64,000 nt of DNA, from positions 32,001 through 96,000 of the forward strand of contig CANMWZ010000011.1 of the NCBI GenBank assembly GCA_947501605.1, written 5' to 3'. Every line of letters begins with the position of its first letter. Position 1 is the stretch's first letter. The DNA is from Planctomycetota bacterium. GTDB lineage: Bacteria; Planctomycetota; UBA1135; UBA2386. The position numbers were made by a program, and so were the translations under genes. Shown piece by piece: positions 31,362 to 40,097 of the stretch. The notes under the pieces are model-generated. The model saw nothing but the letters and a program-made list of their open reading frames with translations, ran no database searches and was not told the DNA's origin.

Positions 31362-32391
31362 ATGCTCGAACTCAACATGCTCGGGTCCTCACGTCTTGCT
31401 TCGTTCGCGCTGGTTGCATGCGTCTCGGTCGCCGCTGCGGCACACGAAGCGACGATCCTGAAGGACCTCGCGCGCGCCGAACTGGCGCTCACCGAACGCC
31501 GCGCCGAAGACGCTGCGCTGGCGGTTGCAGACGCCACGCGGCGCGTGCGAGCCATGCCCGAGTCGGACATTCGCGCCGAACTCGAGCAGCGGGTTTTGGC
31601 GCTGCGCGACAAGGCCGACCCGGTCGGCAAGAGCTGCGATGCCGCGTGTACGGAAGCCGCCACAGCGCTGCTCCACGCCGCGCTGGCCTACGAGGACCGC
31701 GGCTGGCTGCGGTCCGCCAAGGCACTGCTGCTGCGCGCGGCCGCGATCGCGCCAACGGTCGTCAGCGAGGCGCTGCAGCGCGTACGCGAACGACAGGGCC
31801 AGGCGGCGGCCGCCACCAGCGACGCCAGTCACATGGCATGGCTCGGCGACGGCGAGGTCGTCGACGGCCCTTCCCCGTGGCTCGTGACCGCTGCTGGCGT
31901 CACCCCCGACGTCGCGCGAACCAGTCGGCATTTACCTCGCCGCCCATCGCGTCCGCAGTCACCGTATCCGCATCGACGGCGAGGTCACGCCGAGCATGGA
32001 CTACGGCCGCGGCTTCGTATTCGCCTACCGCCACTCCCAGGACTTCCACCTCGCCCTGGTGAAGCCCAGCGGAAGTCGCCAGTTCGCCCGCATCTTGCGC
32101 GCTGGCAACGGCACCTACACCACCCTCGCGGAGGATTGGCTGCCGTCATTGCCGGCCCCGGTTGTGGGCGCCACGCCGCCGGACGCCTCGACTCCGGCTC
32201 CGACCCAGTCGCTCCACCTCGCGGTCGATGGCGCCGCGATCGAGTTCCGGATCGGCACCGTGACGCTGAAGGCAACTGCAACCGAACCGCTGCCAGATGG
32301 ATTCCTCGGCCTGCAGGTCGAGCACACCGGCAAAGACGGAACCGCGCCTCGCTTCACCGGGCTCGCGTTCGAAGCGGAGATGCGGCGATGA
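31362..32391 (+). pseudogene. Frameshifted secreted protein (helical N-half, lectin-like beta C-half), paralog of the next gene
   Basis: Similarity to 32388..33371 runs in the 31281 frame up to about 31905, then continues in the frame of ORF 31996..32391; a C5 run lies at 31903-31907. May be a sequencing indel. Confidence 0.65.
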
Positions 32392-33371
32392 GTCGCGGCT
32401 CCCTGCGCCTACTCGGACTGGCCGGGCTCTTGCTCGCCGTGGCACCGGCGGTCCTCGCGCAAGAAGACGCGGTGCTGAAGAGTCTGACCGAAGCGAAGAA
32501 GCTCCAAGGGGAAGGTCGCACGGAAGACGCCGCCATCGCCCTTCGCACCGGGCGAGTGCAGTTGCGCAGCGTCGCCGATGCTGCGGTGCAGCGCAGCCTG
32601 CAGAAGTCGATCGACACGTTGCTTGCGGAGGTCGACACCCTCGCGGTCGAGGCGGGGAAAGCCGAAGAGGTCGCGGCTCGTGCTCTGCTCAAGGCCGCGC
32701 AGAACTACTTGCGGCGCAAATGGACAAGGGCAGCGCTTCCACTACTCGAGCTGGCGGCCGAACTGAGCGACAAGATCGCCGGCAAAGCCCTGCAGCAGGC
32801 AGGCGTCAGCGACCAACCAGCAACCAACGCTGTCGCCACGTGGTTTGGCGACGGCATGAGCTTCTGCGGCGGCGGCTATTGGACGGTCGACAAGGGCACG
32901 CTGAAGAGCCCGCAGCTCAAGTCCGATTCGATCGGGTTTCGTTCGAAGAAGACCACGAGTGGCCCTGTGCGCATCGAGATGGAAGCGTTGGCGACGGCGC
33001 AGCCGTGCAAGCTCGCACTGGTGTTCGCTCTCGACGCGAGTACCGACGGCGACGACTACTACATCCTGGAGTTGCGTCACGAGCGCGGCTTCTCGCAGCT
33101 GCGCTTGCTGCACAACGATGGCACCGCGAACCGCCTCGACGAGATCTTGACGCAACCGCTGACCATGAGCCGAGCGGAGCGAACGACGTGGACGACGCTG
33201 TGGGCCGAGCTTCGTGGCGATCGCATCCGGATCGGCATCGGCGATATCGAGAGCGCTGAATCGAAGGCAGTCACAAAGGACCTCGACGGCTGCATCGGGG
33301 TGTTCGTATCGGGCGACAGTTCGTTCAAAGCACCCGTGCAGTTCCGCAACCTCCGCGTCGACGGTCTCTGA
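32388..33371 (+). CDS. Secreted protein, helical N-half and concanavalin/lectin-like beta C-half
   Basis: Own signal peptide MSRGSLRLLGLAGLLLAVAPAVLAQ; ATG overlaps the upstream TGA (ATGA); ends G.IGV.....VQFRNLRV. Confidence 0.8.
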   Translation: MSRGSLRLLGLAGLLLAVAPAVLAQEDAVLKSLTEAKKLQGEGRTEDAAIALRTGRVQLRSVADAAVQRSLQKSIDTLLAEVDTLAVEAGKAEEVAARALLKAAQNYLRRKWTRAALPLLELAAELSDKIAGKALQQAGVSDQPATNAVATWFGDGMSFCGGGYWTVDKGTLKSPQLKSDSIGFRSKKTTSGPVRIEMEALATAQPCKLALVFALDASTDGDDYYILELRHERGFSQLRLLHNDGTANRLDEILTQPLTMSRAERTTWTTLWAELRGDRIRIGIGDIESAESKAVTKDLDGCIGVFVSGDSSFKAPVQFRNLRVDGL

Positions 33372-33447
33372 ACCGACCCGCTGCCGCGGCGCGATCCAAG
33401 CGGAAACAGGCCGATGCGGCGAAAGGAAGACCGGCCGGTCGCAGGCA

Positions 33448-35685
33448 TCAACGCCGCTGAATCGGCGCCTCTACAAGTCGGCTACGGGTCAGCTCTCCGC
33501 CCTCGACAATCTCGTACGCGCAATCCAGCTCCGCGGCTGCGAACTGCTGAACGCGTCCGCTGCGCTGCCACTCGACCTCGATTCGCACGACACGCGTGGC
33601 CTTGCCGAGTCCGATCGTCTGTCGCAGCGGGTTGGCGCCAAAGCTGCCGCCGGTTCCCACCACTCGATGGATCGTGCGCTCGCCGTTCGCGTCGGCAACG
33701 ACGATACGGAGGCGCGAGCCGAGCGCCGAGCGATTGGTGTCCCTGCCAACGAGGCGGATCGTGACGAATCGATTGCCAAAGCCCGGGTTCTCGAACACCG
33801 TGCTCACGAACGCGTCCCCGAGATAGGCGCCGCCGATTCGCGCGAAGAGGTCGAGGTCGCCATCGTGGTCGAAGTCCGCGAGCGCGACTCCGTGCCCCTT
33901 CTGCAGATGCCCAGTACCGCTCGCCATGGAAACGTCCGCGAACGACATGCCGCCGCGGTTCAGAAACAGCAGGTTGGGCATCAGGCTGTAGATGTGCGGA
34001 TCGCCAGTGCCCAGATAGCAATCGAGCCAACCATCGCCGTCGATGTCGCCGAAGTTGCTGCCCATCGGCATTGCCGGGTAGGTGAGCCCACGGGCCGCAG
34101 CGACGTCCTCGAAACCGCCGTGGCCGTCGCCGCGATAGAGGCGGTTGATTTCGTGTGGCAGGTCGATGCCAGCGTGATGCGCCGCGATGTGACCGATGCC
34201 AGTTCCATAAGCACTCACCCACAAATCGAGAGCCCCGTCATTGTCGAAGTCCCAAAACCAGCACGGGAAACTGGCGTCCGGGCCGGTGACCCCGCGGGCG
34301 GCGGCGATGTCGACAAACGTCCCGTCGCCACGGTTGTGGTAGAGCCGATTGCTGCCGTCGAGGTTGCTGACGTAGAGGTCCGGGTAGCGATCGCCGTCGA
34401 TGTCGCCAAAGGACACGCCCTTGGCATAGGCGAAGTTCTCGACGCCAGCGGCCTTGCCGACCTCGGTGAAGCGAACATTGCCGTCATTGCGGAACAACTG
34501 GCTCGCGCATCGGATCTTCGTGCTGCTCTCGTTGCCGATGTACAGGTCGAGGTCGCCGTCGAGGTCGTAGTCGGCGAAGGCCGCCGTCTGCGTGGGCCAG
34601 TGCTCCGCGCCAAGACCCGACTCGAACGTGACGTCGGTGAAGGTGCCATCGCCGTTGTTGCGCACCAACGAGTTCGGGTAGCGCCCGTGCTCCAGCAACC
34701 ACGCCCCGCGCAGCACCAGCACGTCGACGTCGCCATCGGAGTCGTAATCCGCCGTCACGAGATTGAGGCCGCCACAGAGGCCACCTAGTCCGGACTCCAT
34801 GCTGCGATCGACGAACGCGCCATCCGCGCGACGCACGAACAGTCGCAGTTGCCCGCTCGTGTTCCAGTCCGACATCATCACGTCGAGTCGCTCGTCGCCG
34901 TCGAAGTCCTCGACCACCATGCCCCCGGCGAGACCTTGCACATCGAGACCGAGTTGCGCGCCCACGTTGTCGAACTTCGGGAAGTCCTCCCTCGAACGGA
35001 ACGCCGACTCCGGAAGGCGATACTGCTCCGGCACCGACTCCGGCCAAGTCCCGAGCGTCATCGCCGCGAGGTTCAGCAGCCAGAGGTTGGCGAGGTGCCA
35101 GTAGTCGTTGGGCGCTGTGCGGTCGAGCACGAAGCGGAAGTGCGCGGCGGCCTTGGTCGAGCCTTCGGTCTTGCCATGCAACGCCCCGCCGCGCAGCGGC
35201 AGGATGCAACTGTCGACGGTCCGTTGATGGCAGCAGTTTTCGGTCTCGCCCAGACGCAGCCAGGCAACGCCGAGATGGAAGTGCAGCGCCAGCTCCGCAT
35301 CGGCACCGCCCGTCAGACTGCGCTCCACAACCGCCGCGAGCGCGCGATCGAGGACCTCGATGCCGTCGCGTTCGCTCCCCAAGCGCACGAGCGCGTAGCC
35401 AAGCTCTTGGTGCGTCTGCCAGCGTGCCTGTGCGCCTTTCGCCGCGATCTCCGCCCGGGCTTCGCGCACCGCACGATCGCCGACAAAGATGTTGTCGTCC
35501 TGCCGGCGCGCATCGAGATCGCGCAACAACGCCAGCATGCGCACGTGGCCGTCCGGCTGCGACGGTCCGCGCGATGATTCAGGCGCCGTCGATTCCGGGT
35601 CCTTGCCGCAACCGACAACCGTTGCCAGCCACGCGGCAAGGAGGGTCGTGTGCACTCGGCCTCGTTGCATGCGCGCCACTGTCAA
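33448..35685 (-). CDS. CRTAC1-like FG-GAP repeat protein with ASPIC/UnbV domain, probable lipoprotein
   Basis: Repeated D[FY]DxDGxxDL motifs, N-terminal TPR-like helices, C-terminal NRSALGSRL...IGLG...IEVEW; signal ending VVGC. Confidence 0.88.
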   Translation of the reverse strand: MTVARMQRGRVHTTLLAAWLATVVGCGKDPESTAPESSRGPSQPDGHVRMLALLRDLDARRQDDNIFVGDRAVREARAEIAAKGAQARWQTHQELGYALVRLGSERDGIEVLDRALAAVVERSLTGGADAELALHFHLGVAWLRLGETENCCHQRTVDSCILPLRGGALHGKTEGSTKAAAHFRFVLDRTAPNDYWHLANLWLLNLAAMTLGTWPESVPEQYRLPESAFRSREDFPKFDNVGAQLGLDVQGLAGGMVVEDFDGDERLDVMMSDWNTSGQLRLFVRRADGAFVDRSMESGLGGLCGGLNLVTADYDSDGDVDVLVLRGAWLLEHGRYPNSLVRNNGDGTFTDVTFESGLGAEHWPTQTAAFADYDLDGDLDLYIGNESSTKIRCASQLFRNDGNVRFTEVGKAAGVENFAYAKGVSFGDIDGDRYPDLYVSNLDGSNRLYHNRGDGTFVDIAAARGVTGPDASFPCWFWDFDNDGALDLWVSAYGTGIGHIAAHHAGIDLPHEINRLYRGDGHGGFEDVAAARGLTYPAMPMGSNFGDIDGDGWLDCYLGTGDPHIYSLMPNLLFLNRGGMSFADVSMASGTGHLQKGHGVALADFDHDGDLDLFARIGGAYLGDAFVSTVFENPGFGNRFVTIRLVGRDTNRSALGSRLRIVVADANGERTIHRVVGTGGSFGANPLRQTIGLGKATRVVRIEVEWQRSGRVQQFAAAELDCAYEIVEGGELTRSRLVEAPIQRR

Positions 35686-35728
35686 TGGTCACGGCAGTTC
35701 CGTCAACGAGACTGCCGCCGAGTGGGCC

Positions 35729-38700
35729 CTACTGCGACAGCACGAGTGTGCGCACCGTGCCGTCGATCCCGTGGCGCGTCGACGTTCCGTCGGGCCAGAC
35801 AACCTGCACCACCGACCCCGCTTCGACGTCGGCGAAGAACGCGACGGGTGCGGACTGCGACAGGTAGCCCGACCCAGCGTCGATCCTGGCGCGCCGCATT
35901 CGCCCGCTTGGCTCAATGACCATGAGACTCGCCCCCACCGCACTCGGATTGCCCGGCGCGCCGCGCAACCGCACGGCGACACCGCGCGGCGTACGCTTGG
36001 TCGAGAAGGCATGCACGGGTCCATCGTTGGTTGCCAGCAACAGGTCGGGCGCGGCATCGCCATCGAGGTCCAGAACCGCGAGGGACTTCTGGTCGCCGCC
36101 GAGCGCGAATCCCGACGCGCCGGGCTCGATCGCTTCGAACTGCAACGCACCACGTCCGCGCAACACGAGCCCGAGCCCACCATCGAAACGGCCGGTCTCC
36201 GGCTCAGGCGCGAAGGAGTTGTGGGCGAGTACGAGGTCGAGCACGGCATCGCCATCGACATCGACCGCAGCGATCCCTTGCACGGGGGCCACCTGGGCCG
36301 CGCGGGGGAGCGGCGTCGCACGGAACGGTCCGTCGGTGCGGGCGAATACGAGGTGTCGCAGTTCGTCGCACTGGAGTTCGCGCGCCGACGACAGTCGCGA
36401 CTCGCCGTAGATCTGGGGCAGCGTTGCGCGCGCAAACTGATCGTAGGTGGGGAACGCGACCTTCAACTGCGGCATCGCGTCACTACTGCAACTCAGCCCT
36501 CGCACTGGCAGCAGCTTGCCGTCCACTTCTTTGGCCTCGACGACATCGAAGGAGCCGCTGCCGTCGAAGTCCGCGGCATAGAGGTGCAGCGGATGGCCCG
36601 CGCTGGCCTTGTACTTGGTATTGAGACCGAGGTTGCCGGCGACCAGTTCGACCCGCCCGTCCTGGTCGAGATCGACGGCCAGGAGGCTCTGCCACTGCCC
36701 ACTGGGTCGATCCGCGAAGAAGTCAGCCGTCGCGTCACTCAGTGCCCGACCGGCCTCGTTGCGCAACAGTCGCAGCGGTTGCCATTGCGCCGCGATGACC
36801 AGATCCGGCCACGCGTCGCCATCCACGTGAGCCCACACCGCCGCCGTCACCATGCCCGCATCGAGCAGGGCAGGCGCAACGGTGGCCGTCACATCGACGA
36901 ACACGCCACCGTCGTTGCGCAGCAGTAGGCTGCCCTCGGACTCGGGAAACCGACCTGCTCGCACCCTCGTGCCGACGAACAGATCGAGGTCCCCGTCCCC
37001 GTCGAAATCGGCCGTGCACACCGGTCCACTGCTGCGGCGAAGGTCTGGCAGCGTGCCCGCCGGCGCGAGCTTGAACCCACCCGCGCCATCGTTCTGGTAG
37101 AGACGGTCGCGTAGCAACTCTGTCTTCTCGCCGGCCTCGACGCCGCCGCTGCAGACATAGAGATCGAGGTCGCCGTCGCGATCGTAATCGATGAACACGG
37201 CCCCTTGGTCTTCGCAGTCCGCGTCGTCGCCAAAGGGCCCCGCCACCGCCTCGAACACGCAATCGCCACGGGACCGCAGCAAGGTGCCGGCCTGCCCAGC
37301 CGCGCCGCCGACGAACACGTCATCGTCACCGTCGCCATCGATGTCGCCCACCGCCAGCCCTGGACCGCTGCGTGACAGCCGGTGCGGCAGCAGCGGTTGC
37401 TCTTTGTAGTCGTCGAAGTCGCGCTCGCGATGACGAACCGGCAGGGTCGCGGTCCTTGTGAGCAAGGGCCACGCGCCGGATCGTGCCAGTGGCTTCGACG
37501 GTGACGGGACCGTCGCCGCCGACAGCTCGCGCACTTCGTAGTGCCGATCCGCAGCGAGGCCCCGAAAGGTCTGCACGGCCCCACTCGGCCACTTCACGGT
37601 CAGGGTCGCAATGGTCGCCCCCGTCGCGAGCCCGAAGTGCTCGATCGGCTCGCCCGCGCTCATGTAGCCCCGTGTTGGCGACACGAGCCGCGACTGCGCC
37701 ACCCCGCCACTCTCGATCTCGATGCGGGCACCGACGCCAAAGGTGTTCTTGCTCGCGGAGCGCAACGACACCAGCACGCGGTGCGTGTCGGTCGTGCGGT
37801 TCTCGAACACGCTCGCCTCGGTGTTGAGGTTATTGGTCACGAGATCAAGGTCGCCGTCGCGATCGAGGTCCACGAACACCGCGCCATGGCTGACGCCAAG
37901 TTCGTCGAGGCCCCACTCCGCACCGACGTCGACAAACACGAAGTCGCCGCGATTCTGTTTGCAGACATTGCGTTCGTCGACGCGCTGCATGCTCCGCGCC
38001 AGATCGAGCGCCTTGGCCTTCTGCCCGGCTTGCACAAGCTGCTTGTAGCTGGCGATCGTGTCCGGGTTGTCCTCGAACACCGGGATGCCGTTGGTGGCAT
38101 GGAAGTCGAGCCGACCGTCTTCGTCGAGGTCGGCAAAGCGAACCGACCACGTCCAATCCGTGCTCGCAAGGCCCGCCATGTGCCCAAGCTCTTGGAAGCG
38201 TCCGGTGCCGGTGTTGCGGTAGAGGGCGTTGCGCATGTACTGCTGTGGGCTTGCGTTCATCAAGAACCAGCGATGGTTGTTCATGCTGCCCATGAGCATC
38301 TTGCCCATGTAGTGCGTCGTGCTCGACATGTCGGCAACGCAGAGGTCGAAGCGACCGTCGTTGTCGAGGTCGCCGAAGTCGCAGCCCATGCCGAAGAAGG
38401 CCGTGTGCGGCAACGCGGTGTCGGCAAGGTCGCGAAAGGTGCCATCGCCGCAATTGCGCCACAGCCGGTCCGGCGAGTGGATGTCGTTGCTGACGTAGAG
38501 GTCGAGCAACCCATCGTCATCGCAGTCCCACCACGTGACCGCGAGCCCGTTGCCCGAAACGTCGATGCCGGCTGCCTTGCTGACGTCGACGAAACCGGCA
38601 GGCCCGTCGTTGCGCAACAGACGATCGCGCTGCCCCGTAGCGAAGATGCGACCGTGCTGCACGGCGAAGAAGTCCTCATAGCCTGTCGGCACCACCGGCG

Positions 38701-39403
38701 CGCCGTTGTCGGTGCGGAACTCGGGGAAGGGCGGAAACAGCTGATCGCGGCTCTTCTCGATGCTGCTGGGCAGCGTGACATCGGCGACCAGTTCGGGCGG
38801 CAGGTTGGGCCCGAACACGCGGTTCGTCAGCAGGTAGAGGTCCAGGTCGCCATCGCGATCGTAGTCGGCGAATGCACAGCCGGTGCTAGCAGCGGTGATG
38901 GCGAGGCCGAGCGGACCTGCGCGTTCCACAAACGTGCCGTCGCCTTGGTTCAAGAACAGGAGGTTCTTCGACTCCGTGTTGCAGACGTAGAGATCGAGGT
39001 CCGCGTCGCCGTCGACATCGGCGAAGCTTGCGGCCTTGCCCCATGCATCGCCGCCGCCGAGGCCGCCCGCGGCCTCCGTGACATCTTCGAAGCACAGCGG
39101 CGACACCTGGCGGAAGAGCTTGTTCGCACCGTCCTGACTGACAAGGTAGAGGTCGGGCAGGCCATCCGAATCGTAGTCGCCGACCGCGAGGCCGGCGCCG
39201 CTGTAGACGTAGGCGATGACGTTCTGACGACGCAGTTCGTTGCGGAACTGCACGCCTGACTCGGCACTGGGAACACGCCGGAAGCGCTTGCCCTCATGCG
39301 CGGCGCGTTCGCGCAGCGGCAGCGACGAAATCGCAGGCTGCGGCAGAGGCTCCCTTGAGCACGCGAACAGCACGAGCACGAACGGTAGGACCGCGAGCTT
39401 CAT
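35729..39403 (-). CDS. Large FG-GAP/VCBS repeat protein with two ASPIC/UnbV-like domains, probable lipoprotein
   Basis: MKLAVLPFVLVLFAC signal, many DxDxDGDxDL repeats, internal (GVGARI...HFGL...VKWPSG) and terminal (AVGASL...GYLSQ...VVWPDG) ASPIC-like units. Confidence 0.88.
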   Translation of the reverse strand: MKLAVLPFVLVLFACSREPLPQPAISSLPLRERAAHEGKRFRRVPSAESGVQFRNELRRQNVIAYVYSGAGLAVGDYDSDGLPDLYLVSQDGANKLFRQVSPLCFEDVTEAAGGLGGGDAWGKAASFADVDGDADLDLYVCNTESKNLLFLNQGDGTFVERAGPLGLAITAASTGCAFADYDRDGDLDLYLLTNRVFGPNLPPELVADVTLPSSIEKSRDQLFPPFPEFRTDNGAPVVPTGYEDFFAVQHGRIFATGQRDRLLRNDGPAGFVDVSKAAGIDVSGNGLAVTWWDCDDDGLLDLYVSNDIHSPDRLWRNCGDGTFRDLADTALPHTAFFGMGCDFGDLDNDGRFDLCVADMSSTTHYMGKMLMGSMNNHRWFLMNASPQQYMRNALYRNTGTGRFQELGHMAGLASTDWTWSVRFADLDEDGRLDFHATNGIPVFEDNPDTIASYKQLVQAGQKAKALDLARSMQRVDERNVCKQNRGDFVFVDVGAEWGLDELGVSHGAVFVDLDRDGDLDLVTNNLNTEASVFENRTTDTHRVLVSLRSASKNTFGVGARIEIESGGVAQSRLVSPTRGYMSAGEPIEHFGLATGATIATLTVKWPSGAVQTFRGLAADRHYEVRELSAATVPSPSKPLARSGAWPLLTRTATLPVRHRERDFDDYKEQPLLPHRLSRSGPGLAVGDIDGDGDDDVFVGGAAGQAGTLLRSRGDCVFEAVAGPFGDDADCEDQGAVFIDYDRDGDLDLYVCSGGVEAGEKTELLRDRLYQNDGAGGFKLAPAGTLPDLRRSSGPVCTADFDGDGDLDLFVGTRVRAGRFPESEGSLLLRNDGGVFVDVTATVAPALLDAGMVTAAVWAHVDGDAWPDLVIAAQWQPLRLLRNEAGRALSDATADFFADRPSGQWQSLLAVDLDQDGRVELVAGNLGLNTKYKASAGHPLHLYAADFDGSGSFDVVEAKEVDGKLLPVRGLSCSSDAMPQLKVAFPTYDQFARATLPQIYGESRLSSARELQCDELRHLVFARTDGPFRATPLPRAAQVAPVQGIAAVDVDGDAVLDLVLAHNSFAPEPETGRFDGGLGLVLRGRGALQFEAIEPGASGFALGGDQKSLAVLDLDGDAAPDLLLATNDGPVHAFSTKRTPRGVAVRLRGAPGNPSAVGASLMVIEPSGRMRRARIDAGSGYLSQSAPVAFFADVEAGSVVQVVWPDGTSTRHGIDGTVRTLVLSQ

Positions 39404-39629
39404 CGTGGCGATGCTAGAAGGGCTTGCCGAAATCGCCAGCAGCTGCGGATTCCGCTGCGAGTCCGCTCCTGGCCCGCGACCTTGTTGCCCGGCCTCGCTC
39501 GCAGCGGCATGGCAATAGTCGCCCTGGCAATGTCCCTCGGGTGATTCGTAATCTGCGGCAGAGCCACGCACCCGACCATCGCGCCTCGCCTCGAGGCGCA
39601 GAACCCCGGGGCTAGGGCCATCATCTGCC

Positions 39630-39914
39630 ATGGGTCTCATCAACTGGATCTTCGACTTCTACCAACACAGCAAGATCAACGACGCGCACCGTGAAACCGA
39701 GAGTCTGCGCACCGAGATGCTCCAGCTGCGCTCGACGCGCGGCGATCTCGACCAAGAACGACTGCTGCGTGCCGTCGGCGAGCTGGCGCTGGCGGTCAAG
39801 ACGTTGCAGCGCGCCGCCGTCGAGAAGGGAATCTGCAGTGAGCACGACCTCCGCCGCATCGCCGAGCAAGTGGATCTCGAAGACGGACGGGCCGACGGTC
39901 GATCGCCAGTGTGA
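39630..39914 (+). CDS. Small hypothetical protein (94 aa)
   Basis: Coding-like composition, helical, C-terminal DLEDGRADG. Confidence 0.7.
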   Translation: MGLINWIFDFYQHSKINDAHRETESLRTEMLQLRSTRGDLDQERLLRAVGELALAVKTLQRAAVEKGICSEHDLRRIAEQVDLEDGRADGRSPV

Positions 39915-40019
39915 GCCAATCGCGATCCTCGGGCGAGCCGACCACGGCGAACTCGATCCTTGCCCTCCACACTGCGTGAGGCCAAGGCACCGTCCAGTTG
40001 GCGTCCCCCCACAATGCAG

Positions 40020-40057
40020 CGAGGCCGCGCGCCGAGTCACCCCGACGCGCGGCCTCG
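40020..40057. terminator. 12-bp perfect inverted repeat between convergent genes
   Basis: CGAGGCCGCGCG (40020-40031) with CGCGCGGCCTCG (40046-40057); no U-tract. Confidence 0.55.
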
Positions 40058-40097
40058 CCGCGCAGCGCATCGAGATGCGCTGCTCAGCACAGTCCGC

